A stretch of DNA of 64,000 bases from Podarcis muralis. Lineage: Eukaryota. The first letter of the stretch is position 1; the number at the start of each line of letters is the position of its first letter. The notes beneath the pieces are model-generated. The model ran no database searches, had not been told where the DNA came from, and saw only the letters and a list, made by a program, of their open reading frames with translations. Made by a program: the position numbers and the translations under genes. Positions 1 to 11,774 of the stretch are shown piece by piece. The stretch lies in contig NC_135667.1 in the NCBI RefSeq assembly GCF_964188315.1, positions 8,370,001 to 8,434,000 of the forward strand. Direction: 5' to 3'.

Positions 1-195
1 CCCTTTTTTGTATTCCAGTTCAATTTATTAGCTCAGCAGTTTCTTTCCCTCTTTATTCTACCCAGATCTTTAATCTTAAATTATTATAACCTTGAATTTG
101 TACTTATAAAAAACCATTTTTTCATATTCTTTTATACCATTTCAGCTAGAAACCACTTAATTTCAATCCAACATCATTCTAACATTTTAAGTTCT
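1..195 (-). mobile_element. L1-like LINE 3' region fragment
   Basis: accacttaatttcaatccaacatcattctaacatt (about 152-186) is close to the reverse complement of aatgttaaaatgatgttggattgaaaataagtggt in the L1-like insertion at 20343-20973. Confidence 0.55.
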
Positions 196-339
196 TTTTC
201 CCCTCCTTTTTCCTTTTTGGGGTGGGGGTGGGTAGGTGGGTGGTATGGATGGATATCTGTTTGGGGTTTAATTTTACTATAACTGTTCTGTTTTTGTTTT
301 TTGCTGTTTTATTGGTTGTTGTATAGTTTGCATTTTGTT

Positions 340-1862
340 TTTAAGGGGCAGGATCAGGGCTGCCTGGGAGTGGCTGGGGCAAGTTCCGGGGGGGGGGGAG
401 CACTGGGACATCCGATCTCGGTGATCATGGGCAGGAGGTGGAGTTACGCTTAGAGCAGACCATGTAATTACCGAGGAGGCAGGCTTAGTTGTTGTTTGAA
501 GACTATCCCTGCCTATGGGTCTAGCCTTGACCTAGTTGGGTTGATCACCTAGTTTGGTTGTCCTAGGGGATTTTAACATCCATGCCGACACGACCTTACA
601 AGGGGCTGCTCAGGACTTCGTGGAAAGCATGGCCTCCATGGGGTTTGGCCGAACTCATAGTCACAGACATGCCTTAGACCTGGTGTTTACCTCTAGTAAC
701 ATGGGTGATGTAACACTAAGTAAAAGTGAAACAAAAGAAGTGCCATGGGCAGATCACTTCCTGGTGCAACTGGACTTCTCCGCAACCCTTCCCCTCTGCA
801 GGGAGGTGGAAACAATTCGGACGGTCCGCCCCCGCCACTTAATGGATCCAAATGGTTTCCAGAGATTGGTAGGGGATGCTTTATCCCATGTTGATGGCCT
901 TTCAGCTGATTCTCAGGTGGCCCACTGGTATGCTGAGTTAACCAGGGCTATCGACTGTCTGGCTCCGAAACGCCCTCTCCGATTGCATGGAGCCCAGACA
1001 GCCCCGTGGTTTTCTTTGGAGCTGAGGGCGAGGAAACAATCGTTGAGACGGCTAGAGCTTCGGTGGCAGAAAACATTCTGAATCGGACTGGACATGGGTT
1101 AGAGCTCAACATCGAGCCTACCAAGTGGCGATAGCGACGGCGAAGAAGACCAGGTGCGCAGCCTGGGAGTCTTTTTGGAGTCACAGCTGTCCGTGGATGT
1201 GCAGGTAAGTTCTGTGTCCAGGGCAGCAGTTTACCAGCTCCATCTGGTACGCAGGCTGAGACACTATCTGCCTGTGGACTGTCTCACCAGAGTGGTGCAT
1301 GCTCTAGTTATCTGTCGCTTGGATTACTGCATTGAGCTCTATGTGGGGCTACCTTTGAAGGTGACCCAGAAACTACAACTAATCCAGAATGTGGCATCTA
1401 GACTGGTGACTGGGAGCGGCCACAGAGACCACATAACACCGGTCTCAAAAGACCTACATTGGCTCCCAGTACGTTTCCGGGCACAATTCAAAGTGTTGGT
1501 GTTGACCTTTAAAGCCCTAAACGGCCTTGGTCCAGTATACCTGAAGGAGCGTCTCCACCCCCATTGTTCTGCCCGGACGCTGAGGTCCAGCGCCAAGGGC
1601 CTTCTGGCAGTTCCCTCATTGCGAGAAGCAAAGCTACAGGAAACCAGGCAGATGGCCTTCTCGGTAGTGGCGCCTGCCCTGTGGAACACCCTCCCATCAG
1701 ATGTCAAAGAGATAAATAACTACCTGACATTCAGGTAGTTCAGGGAAGTTTTTAATGTGTGACATTTTGTGTATTTTTTGTCTTGTTGGAAGCTGCCCAG
1801 AGTGGCTGGGGAAACCCAGCCAGATGGGTCGGGTGCAAATAATAATTATTACTACTATTATT
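340..1862 (+). mobile_element. L2/CR1-group LINE, internally deleted (APE endonuclease part plus post-RT C-terminus)
   Basis: ORF 554-1081 has APE motifs (VVLGDFNIH, HALDLVF, PWADH). ORF 1154-1738 has the C-terminal motifs typical of this group ([27 protein letters not shown]). A (taa/tta)n tail lies at about 1838-1862. No RT core lies between the two ORFs. Confidence 0.85.
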
Positions 1863-2002
1863 AACATTTATGAGATGAGTCTTTCAAGTTCATGAGGGGA
1901 AAAAGAAAACAAATAAATAAATTAATTAAATATTGTATATTTTTTTATGGGGAGGAATGGAGACTTTCTCCCAGCTGACTTTTCTTTCCTCCTGATGGAT
2001 AG

Positions 2003-4211
2003 GTGGTGCCTATTTCTGTGTGTAATGACTGCTGCTCCCCTGGTCATCAGAAGAAAAGGAAGGAAGGGGAGAAATTTTGCTGCTATGATTGTGCTCCATG
2101 TCCAGAAGGGAAGATTTCAGACCAGAATGGTTTGTGACTTAGAATTCATGTGTTATTTTCATTGGATAGGATTGGGATAGTTTGCTACTTTAGATCTAAG
2201 TGCTATGTTTAACTACCATGCTGCCTGGAATGTTTCTCTGTTGACTTCGAATATCTTCCCAGGGACATTTTGAAAAATGAGGAAGCCTCATGCAATACAG
2301 TGGTGTAGCGTGGGTTGTCAGCACCCGGGGCAAGGCAAGTAATTTGTGCCCCCTAACCCGTGGATTTGCGCCCCCTAACCTGTGGATTTGCCCTAACCCC
2401 AGATGTTGTGCCCGGTGCGGCCGGCCCCCCCTGCACCCCCCACGCTACGCCACTGATGCAATACATTTTATGTGGATTTGAGTGTGAGCGCTAAAATAGA
2501 CAAAATGATCTATGGTAGTTGCACACCTACTTTATAATATCCCAGTGGCGTAGCGTGGGGGGTGCAGGGGGGGCCAGCCGCACCGGGCGCAACATCTGGG
2601 GGTTAGGGTTAGGGGGCGCAAATCCACGGGTTAGGGGGTGCAAATTATTTGCCTTGCTCCGGGTGCTGACAACCCACTGTAATATCCTAAACAGAAAAAA
2701 ATATAAAAATGGCCAAAACAAATGGTCAAAAAGTCCATAGAGAAATGTTAACACTCCTGATGATGGTCATGGAGAGTTTGACAAATTTCTACTTTGAAGA
2801 GGTAAAATCAAACTGTGATTATTATTAGTAGATGCTGGATCAGACATTAAAGTTTCTCCTTAGTGGCCTCTGCAACACATGTCAGGTGCAAAAATCCATG
2901 GGGCACCCCTCAAATAGACAACCAGATACACAGTTCTAGATAGGAAACAGTGAAGTGAAGATGTACGAGGAATACCTATCTGGCCAATCTGCACAGGACA
3001 TCACAAATTCAAAATTATACCTTTTTGTGTTGTGTATAGTCAAAGACACTGGATTCAATGGCAGGTGGCATAGGCGAAGTGGTTTTACCCAGGCACAAGC
3101 TCCCTTTCCTCTCTTTATTTTTCATTTGCTTGCCAATAGTGTAAAGTGCACAAAGGTCAAATGTGTGTAAGTTGTGGGCTAATTAAAGTGCACTTTCATT
3201 TTACAACAGTGCATTAAGAATGTCCAGGTTGAAATCCCAAAACGGTCATATGGGAGGCAAATGAAGCAAATAAATTTTGTTTAGAATTTGACCTGTTTCT
3301 GTTTTTCAGATATGGATGACTGTTTCAGATGCCCAGAAGACCAATATGCAAACAGGAACAAAGATGGATGCATCTCCAAATCAATGAGCTTTCTTTCTTA
3401 TGAAGAACCCTTAGGGATCAGCTTGGCCTCAATTGCTATTTGTTTCTCCATTGTCACAACTTTAGTCTTTTTAGCTTTTGTGAAGCACAGAGATACACCC
3501 ATTGTCAAAGCCAACAACCGAGATCTCACCTACACTCTCCTCATCTCTCTACTGCTCTGCTTTCTATCTTCTTTGCTATTCCTTGGCAAACCAGGGGAAA
3601 TGGCTTGCTTCCTCAGACAACCTACTTTTGGCATCATCTTCTCAATGGCTGTTTCTTGTGTGCTGGCCAAAACCATTACCGTAGTTGTAGCTTTCATGGC
3701 CACCAAGCCAGGCTCCAGCCTGAGGAAGTGGGTGGGGAAAAGACTGGCCAACTCCATTGTCCTTTCTTGCTCTTTGATTCAAGCAAGTCTGTGTACTCTC
3801 TGGTTGGCAACTTCTCCTCCATTCCCAGATTTAGACAAGCACTCACTAATGGAAGAAATCACTGTGCAATGTAACGAAGGGTCTGTGACCTTGTTTTCCT
3901 GTGTCCTGGGCTACATGGGCCTCCTGGCTTTCTTCAGCTTCCTCTCAGCATTCCTGGCCCGCAAATTACCTGACAGTTTCAATGAAGCCAAGTTCATTAC
4001 CTTCAGCATGTTGCTGTTCTGCAGTGTTTGGTTGTGTTTTGTACCAACCTACCTGAGCACCAAAGGGAAGTACATGGTGATGGTGGAGATCTTCTCCATC
4101 TTGGCCTCCAGTGCTGGCTTACTGGGCTGCATCTTTGCCCCAAAATGCTATATTATCATGCTGAGGCCAGAGCTGAACAACAGAGAGCAACTAATAAGAA
4201 TAAAGAATTAA
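2003..4211 (+). CDS. V2R-A: vomeronasal type-2 receptor, 3' part only (exons 5-6)
   Basis: Exon 5 is 2003-2129 (AG|[42 protein letters not shown]|GT, Cys-rich domain). Exon 6 is 3310-4211 (7TM domain with [27 protein letters not shown] and PKCYII). The frame is continuous; exons 1-4 lie upstream of the window. Confidence 0.93.
2298..2455 (+). mobile_element. hAT-type MITE, copy 1
   Basis: TIRs cagtggtgtagcgtggg / cccacgctacgccactg, with 8-bp TSD atgcaata at 2290-2297 and 2456-2463. Confidence 0.9.
2543..2679 (-). mobile_element. hAT-type MITE, copy 2 (inverted relative to copy 1)
   Basis: Same internal sequence in reverse orientation. 8-bp TSD taatatcc at 2535-2542 and 2680-2687. One TIR is shortened by about 10 nt. 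Confidence 0.88.
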
Positions 4212-5414
4212 AGCAGCTCTTTGATTTGCCATCATTTTATTGTTAAAAAGGAAGGGATAAGGTTTATGCATAATTCATTTATACTATTTACAAAAGTTCA
4301 TTTAAAATTATTTACGTGTTGACTTCTTGGAGGAAATTTTGCTGGTTAACACTCCCATCGCCAGCTAAGACTTAAATCTTTGTTAGTACACTCTCCCTTG
4401 TGTGATAGGGAGATTAACCTCACATGCTCTGAAGAAAGCCATCTTCAAACTGAGTATGAGAACTTTCTGGAGGCAGATAAAATTTTGGAGAGAATCTGAC
4501 ATTGTGCCCAGATACTGCACAATATCCTTGAAGGTTAGCTCTCAAATCAGCAAAACCTCTCTTCTTTTAACAATATTTGATATTGGGATATTTTGAGATT
4601 ATAACATGGATGACCCTTTCTGTCAATTAATTTTCACCTGGAATGTGACTTAACTGCAGCCATAAAAAGAGACATTAGTTAGAATATCTAACAGACTGCA
4701 AAATAATACCAAAGACATACCTATTTATTTCAGATTCAGAGAGATGATAAATGGAAAAGGATGCTCTGGTGATTAAGAATTATCATTTTTTCTTACTTTT
4801 AACCCCCCTTCCTTTCTGTGAGTACTGGCTTCTTATTAAAGAGACAGACACAAGACTTCAAGGCAGACACTGTTAAGGTGGATAGAAATATAATCCAATA
4901 TAGCAAAGATATTGTTGAATGCCCCACTGATTGTTGTTATTGTGTGGCATTATTGGGTGAACAATTGAAAGAATTCATAGCTGAGAAGGAGAAAATGATG
5001 AACAAAAATGGATCAGAGAAAAATAAGACCAAAGAATACGCAGGACCTTTGGGGGGGGGGGGTACTGATCAAGGTCTGCCTGAACAGGAAAGGAGAATGG
5101 TTGCAGGTGATGGAATGGACAAGACCTTCACAAAGTTGCCTGGAGGTGTGAACCAGACAAATGAAGGAGTTGTTATGCTGAAGGAGTGGAATTAATTCAT
5201 TGACAGAGATAGCAAGAAACTTCATGAGATGCCAGAGATAGAGTCGAGAGAAAGGATCCTGTGTGCAAGTTGGAATGAATTTAGAGGCGAAAGTCACCAA
5301 GCCTCCGGCCTTTTGGAAACAGAGTGAAAGAAGAGGAATTTAAATTAGGACGTGAAATCATGGCAAACTGGAAATGGGAATGGAAGATATGGAGCTGCAT
5401 AGCACAGTGATTAG

Positions 5415-5650
5415 TAGCCTACATAAAGGGGAAATTCTCTTTTATGTATTGTGGTTCCAAGCTGTATATGGCTTTGTATACCAATACCAGCACATTGACC
5501 TCATTTGCAGGCAGTTCAGTTCTTTCATCTGCAGTGGTATAACATGATGGTGAAATTTCGCTCCAGTGAGCACATTCCAGGCCAGCCTCAGGGGCAGTCT
5601 CACAAAAGGTGCATTGCATTCGTAATGCAATCTGGAGGTTACCCATGCAA
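5415..5650 (-). mobile_element. Old L2-like LINE fragment
   Basis: The minus strand gives degenerate SRLHYEC..LPLRLAW..HHHVIPLQMKELNCL, resembling the RLDYCN/LHWL region. A paralogous copy lies at about 20040-20300. Confidence 0.6.
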
Positions 5651-6099
5651 GCAAAACACCATCAGGAAGTTTTAACAGTCTGAATAATCAATTGATTAAT
5701 TCTCCTCTTTTTGATGATGCATCTGGTGTGTGGGTGTGTTGTGCTTTGCGGGAGGAGGTTCCCCTAGACTATTAGTGTAAAAAATATGTTTCCCAAGCCT
5801 TCTTTAAACCTAGGGTTGCATGTTTGGCCCTTAGTTCAGGATTTGCTGTTTTGCATCCACAAAGAAAAATGGCACCACTCTGACTTTCCTGGGTATGTTC
5901 ATTTGCCACAGAAGATTTCAAGCCACTTGCCACTTTGTAGGCCACTCAGGGTCAGAGGTAACATGGAGTCACATTTTAGAAAACAAACCCAGCTGAACTT
6001 GTTGGTTACCAAAACTGCTACTCTGAGCTAATAATCTGAAAACAATATTATCTATTCATGCAATTAAACAAATCATTATATTTTTCTCAATTTGTCCAG

Positions 6100-6265
6100 G
6101 CTCAAGAGACTTTCCAGTAGTCACTTGGAAAAATTCAATAGGAAAACCTAGAAGTTGTTATAATAAATAATGTTGTATTCAGTAGAGTGGTGAGGTTAGA
6201 GGCAAAGGCCAGAGAAGACCATGCTCATCTTATTTCTCACATTTTCCTTTTATTGGCCAGACTTG
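6100..6265 (+). promoter_or_regulatory. Conserved upstream module of V2R-B
   Basis: gagactttc (6106), gttataataa (6157) and tattggccagact (6251) occur in the same order upstream of exon 1 of the other paralogues. Function is inferred from conservation only. Confidence 0.4.
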
Positions 6266-6920
6266 AAATGGGTGCTGGCAATCTCACCTTCTAACCAAGG
6301 CTCCATTTGTTACACTTTGATTCTAAAATGCAACTCACAAATATCGTCTGGAATTTTTTTGCCAGAGCCAGTTATTACCCAATGTAGTCCCTTCCTCTCA
6401 AAGGAAATGAGAGCAACAACATATTATAGATCAATTAAAGAACCTGACAATATCTAAAGGGTATACTGATAGAGACAAAGACTGCAAGATTTTTCTCTCC
6501 TTAAGAGGCTTATGCGAAAAGGAAATAAGCTACACTGCTAGAATGTTTTGTGTATATGTGTTGCTGTTTTTGCATGTACCTAGTGTGTACAATGCAGATC
6601 CGACCAGGTGTCCCACCAGTGACCCCTTTCCTGTTCCTCATGAGTGGTACCAGCCAGGTGGCCTCATCATTGGTGGGATTTCCTCTCAGATCTTTTATAC
6701 ATTTGATGAAGTTTTCTTCAGAGAACAGCCTTCACAGAACATGTTCACAATTCCATAGTAAGTGTCTCCCCGCTTATCCCTCCAAATCCCCATTCCTTTT
6801 GTGTCATGTCTCCTACATTTTAAGCATTCATGTAGTGAGTTTCTTATCACTGACCTATGTATAGTGGCTACTTTGGAAGACTTTACTGGCTGAAAAGGAT
6901 AAAAATGCTTCAGGCAAATA

Positions 6921-7167
6921 CAGTGGTACAGTACCTCTGGTTACAAACTTAATTTGTTCCGGAGGTCCATTCCTAACCTTAAACCGTACTTAACTTGAGG
7001 TACGAATGTAACTAATGGGGCTTCCTGCTGCCACCGCACCGCCAGTGCGCAATTTCTGTTCTCATCCTTGGGCAAAGTTCTTAACCCGAGGTACTATTTT
7101 TAGGTTAGTGGAGTCTGTAACCCAAAGTGTTTATTACCCGAGGTGTTTGTAACCTGAGGTGCCACTG
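6921..7167. mobile_element. Tc1/pogo (Tigger-like) MITE
   Basis: ta|cagtggtac ... gtgccactg ends. Absent at the paralogous site in V2R-C intron 1 (about 22195). Confidence 0.75.
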
Positions 7168-7845
7168 TGTATAATTATACGGCTTCACAAATAATCATTT
7201 ACCTGAGAAAGTTCCAACAGGTCAACCCCTGAGCACTTCTCATTGTCAGTCACTGCCTGGGTATTGCCTTCCATCCCCAAGGAAAAGGGCACCACTCTTC
7301 CACTCAGCTTGCAGACTTTCAGCACAGACAGTTGTTCTCCATTTTATGAAGTGACAGAGAGAAGGGAATGAGGTTTAAGTTTGGCTTTAATTGCACCCAA
7401 AGTATGTGTGATTTCTACACAGCCCTGGTGTTTGGGAGGTGAAGTGTAAAGTTGAGAAAGATAGTGTTGGGGATAAATTCCAACATAAATCTAGTGCTGT
7501 ATCAAAGCTGGTCCTCCAGTTTCACAAAATATTTCTTCCCCCTTGAAAGTGTTTTTTAAATTCCTTTTACCTTTTTTTTTTTAAAAAAAAAATGTTCACC
7601 AACTTATTTCAGATGGAATAGAGTTGCCATATGAACCTGAAGATTTCGGTAATGTGCAGGGTTGTGCATGTGCTAATTTGACACCGGGGGTGGTGGTGGT
7701 GGCTTTAATTCAATAGTAAATGTCCAGGATTTTCTGTGCTTCCTGCTAAAAAATAGCTAAACTTTGGACGATCACCCCCAAAAAGGATGAGCAACTCTGT
7801 CCAGATTTTTACTTCTTGAAATATGGCAACCCTATATTAATCCTG

Positions 7846-7864
7846 TCTATCTATCTATCTATCA

Positions 7865-7905
<41 letters not shown>

Positions 7906-7941
7906 TATCTATCTATCTATCTATCATCTATCATCTATCAT
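7846..7941. repeat. Compound microsatellite (TCTA)n(TC)n(TCTA)n
   Basis: Read directly from the sequence. Confidence 0.95.
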
Positions 7942-7942
7942 C

Positions 7943-8086
7943 CAGTGGCGTAGCGTGGGTTGTCAGCACCCGGGGCAAGGCAAGTAATTTGCGCCCCCTA
8001 ACCCGTGGATTTGCGCCCCCTAACCCATGGATTTGCCCTAACCCCAGATGTTGCACCCGGTGCGGCTGGCCCCCCCTGCACCCCCC
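7943..8086 (+). mobile_element. hAT-type MITE, copy 3 (runs into assembly gap)
   Basis: Starts cagtggcgtagcgtgggttgtcagcacccgggg and is nearly identical to 2298-2455. The right TIR is lost in the N run. Confidence 0.88.
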
Positions 8087-8910
8087 NNNNNNNNNNNNNN
8101 NNNNNNNNNNNNNNNNNNNNNNNNNNNNNNNNNNNNNNNNNNNNNNNNNNNNNNNNNNNNNNNNNNNNNNNNNNNNNNNNNNNNNNNNNNNNNNNNNNNN
8201 NNNNNNNNNNNNNNNNNNNNNNNNNNNNNNNNNNNNNNNNNNNNNNNNNNNNNNNNNNNNNNNNNNNNNNNNNNNNNNNNNNNNNNNNNNNNNNNNNNNN
8301 NNNNNNNNNNNNNNNNNNNNNNNNNNNNNNNNNNNNNNNNNNNNNNNNNNNNNNNNNNNNNNNNNNNNNNNNNNNNNNNNNNNNNNNNNNNNNNNNNNNN
8401 NNNNNNNNNNNNNNNNNNNNNNNNNNNNNNNNNNNNNNNNNNNNNNNNNNNNNNNNNNNNNNNNNNNNNNNNNNNNNNNNNNNNNNNNNNNNNNNNNNNN
8501 NNNNNNNNNNNNNNNNNNNNNNNNNNNNNNNNNNNNNNNNNNNNNNNNNNNNNNNNNNNNNNNNNNNNNNNNNNNNNNNNNNNNNNNNNNNNNNNNNNNN
8601 NNNNNNNNNNNNNNNNNNNNNNNNNNNNNNNNNNNNNNNNNNNNNNNNNNNNNNNNNNNNNNNNNNNNNNNNNNNNNNNNNNNNNNNNNNNNNNNNNNNN
8701 NNNNNNNNNNNNNNNNNNNNNNNNNNNNNNNNNNNNNNNNNNNNNNNNNNNNNNNNNNNNNNNNNNNNNNNNNNNNNNNNNNNNNNNNNNNNNNNNNNNN
8801 NNNNNNNNNNNNNNNNNNNNNNNNNNNNNNNNNNNNNNNNNNNNNNNNNNNNNNNNNNNNNNNNNNNNNNNNNNNNNNNNNNNNNNNNNNNNNNNNNNNN
8901 NNNNNNNNNN
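8087..8910. other. Assembly gap (824 N) in V2R-B intron 1
   Basis: Run of N. Confidence 0.99.
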
Positions 8911-10045
8911 AAACATATAGATCTACATGCACATGAAAACACATGCCAGAAAGCTTTATTTAAATTGCTCACTTCACAGAATATGTTCAAAGTTACATAA
9001 CAAGGTCTATATCCCCTCAAATAATAAAAATAATTATTGTTTCATTTTGTGGTGGTAGACCTTAGCATTTCAAAAGTAGTGGCAACCTGTGCAACCCCCA
9101 AATCTGGTACCCATTCTTGCCTTCCACCTGTGACTTTTGTGTCATATACTTTAGATTTTAAGGCTTAAAGCACTATTTATCCTGTGTAAACTGCTTTGCT
9201 GAAGAAGGGATAGAAACACTTCAAGTAAATAAATAACTGAGTCACAAATAGTCCAATACATCCACCCCTGGGCACTCCCTCTCTCAATCACATTAGGAGA
9301 GCAAAGTGTTCTCAAAATCTTCTCTCGAATTTCAAGCTCATGCTTCTCAAATTAATGGAACCCATTTAATACTTCATTTTATATTATTTATTTCATTTCC
9401 AAATTGCTTTACATGAGCCTAAGGATGAAAAAAGGCATTGTTTTCCATACTGCCTTGTATATATCACATGCAGCACTGATTTTGTTCTGTTGTTCTGAAG
9501 TTAATCTTCCACAAAGAACTAAACTATTCATCTTGTTGTCCACTGAGATGAATTTATGTAGGTAACCATTACATTATTTCATGCAATTATTTTCAATGCA
9601 CAAGAAACACAATAAAAATGGAAGGGAAATTTAATAAATCATTTGTCATTTGCAGCTTGTATGCAACTGGAACAGCATATGTTTATAATATTCCCGGGAT
9701 GGATTTCCTATCTGGACATAGAAGGAATGAGCAAACAGTGGTAACTTCTGCTCCCATTTCTGTTTTTAGCAGAATTGCAATTGAACTTATCATCATGAGA
9801 TATGAAAAGAGCTAAGACATCAACACATAAAAGAACAATTTAAAAACAATAAAACACATGCACTTCAACTTTTAAATGCCTTCTGAAAATGTTTCTTACA
9901 CATCAAACTTATGCAGGCATTTTAGAAACCATAAATGTTTATGTAATATCTGATTTCTGATTATATTTTTATATGTTTCTTATTGTATCGTTTAATATAG
10001 ATTTTTCTAAATGGATGTGATTTTTTTAAATGAAAAATTGTATAT

Positions 10046-11700
10046 ATATATCTTTTTTAAATAATATTTATTAGGCATTTCCAATTATAACAATATCAAA
10101 AACAAAACATCCCAATTTAGAGTCTTATTTTCCATATCATCTTTCCAGGACTTCCCCTCCCCTCCCCCTCTTGCATTCCAATTCTTACAAATAGGTTCAG
10201 CAATTTTTTATCCCAGATTTTAAACTTAGTGTCATTATCCCAATTTAAAAATATTAACCCACCTCCTAAAATCGACTTAGTCCCTTCCACGCGTTCTCCC
10301 CTTTAATATACATAATAGATTAAAATATAATAAAATAAAATGTAGTTTTACACCCTTTGGATTCCAAATTTCCCTCCCCCTTTCCCCGGTTGCGTCCCCA
10401 ATATTTCTTGAATCTGATGTCTTCCTGTAGCTCCCACATTTTTTTTAAAACCATAGTCCTTTACCAGTCATTTTTAATTTTGTATATCCAATCTTGGAAG
10501 GAGTCTATCTCGAAAGGGCCCATTTTTCCCATCCAGACTTTTTTATACTTGGGAGTGAAAACTCCAGTTTTACTTCTTTATACTTTTTCTGGATGTTCCA
10601 AATGTTCCCGCTTCCAGCTTTATCCACTTGTCGATTGTTCTTGTTGTTCTTGTTGATCTGTCTCCTCTTTTTCCCGTCCTTTTCTTTTCCTATTTTCCTG
10701 CACAGATGTTCCAATTCAAAAAGTCTCTGAATTCCTCTGCAAAGGCTCTGTTATTCAGGAACCAAACATCGGTAGATAAATCCATTGTCTGCTTTACATA
10801 TGTAAGCCTCTGTAGCCAAAATAGTGTTCCATTTCTGCAGTTTCCCAGGAGATAAAGAGTTCTGTTCAAATTCAGTGCTGACAACTTGTAATATCCCTCA
10901 GCTCCTCTAGGTGACTTGCAATAACTCAGCTCCCTTCCAGATCACAACCAGCAATCATAGTAACTTAGTATTCCTTGTTTTAAACATTCTAAATCCAAAT
11001 TATAACAAATGTAACCGGTAAAGTCCTTGCAACAAAGTTCTTTTTTGTTCTTCTGCTTTGACAGCTCTTTGACAGCTGTCAAAACCTCTCCTTGTCTTCT
11101 CCAGGCGCTCTAGCTAAAACGCTCCCAGGTTCCGTGGGGGGGTTGCTTTTTAATTCACTTCCACTATTCTCCTCCAGCTCAGTCTTATAATTTTCCATCG
11201 CGAAATTTAATAACTTTTTCAAAATAGGGTTGCACTCGATCTTAGATGTTAAGTCCTTTGCTTTAACTCCTCTACAACAGGGGGGGGGGGCTGACTTCCT
11301 TTTTACGCCCTCCCCGCTCGTTCCAAATTTTTTATAAATTTTGTCCTTTTTAATCCAAGTTCCAATTACTCACGGGTTATACTTTAAGTCCGAATTTCCA
11401 ATGGAAGAAGTCAGCGCTCTCGGTCGAATGGCATGCGGCTTCGCTCGGCAGGGGAAGCGGAGTACTCAAAGCACCACCCCCCCTGTCACCCGTTCCGTAG
11501 CCTTTAAAAAGGCTCCTTCGCGGGTCGAGGGGGGGCTTAAAAGGTGCCAGCCGAGTCACCATGCCCATGGGTTTCAGCGCCCATGGTTTTTGAGGGTCCC
11601 CACGTCGCCGGCGCGGGAGGACCCAACCCCTGCCGAGCAGGCTCCCTCCGGAGCTCGGAGGGAGTCCGCCATTCGGCGATGGCGCCAACCCGGAAGTCCC
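10046..11700 (-). mobile_element. 1.65-kb retroposon with L1-like 5' terminus and no recognisable ORF (putative non-autonomous element)
   Basis: 14-bp TSD gaaaaattgtatat at 10032-10045 and 11701-11714. The minus strand begins gggacttccgggttggcgccatcgccgaatggcgg with a CpG-rich head and ends with aataaa plus an A-rich tail. Absent in the V2R-C paralogue (about 23980). Confidence 0.75.
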
Positions 11701-11719
11701 GAAAAATTGTATATTTTAA

Positions 11720-11720
11720 A

Positions 11721-11772
<52 letters not shown>
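11720..11772. repeat. (AC)n(AG)n microsatellite
   Basis: Read directly from the sequence. Confidence 0.95.

Positions 11773-11774
<2 letters not shown>

Noticed and set aside
3440-3874. Overlapping alternative-frame and antisense ORFs within exon 6, recurring in several paralogues
   Set aside because: Recurrence follows from near-identity of the paralogues and from codon bias; lengths vary and there is no independent homology.
4199-4204. AATAAA just before the stop codon in A and B
   Set aside because: It lies in coding sequence (AGA ATA AAG) and is absent from C-F.
4818-5195. 125-aa purine-rich ORF downstream of V2R-A
   Set aside because: No recognisable domain, a non-ATG start, and the frame is broken in the paralogous copy at about 19405-19930.
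7931-9020. Six long ORFs of 290-340 aa in the ORF track
   Set aside because: They are artefacts of translation through the N gap.
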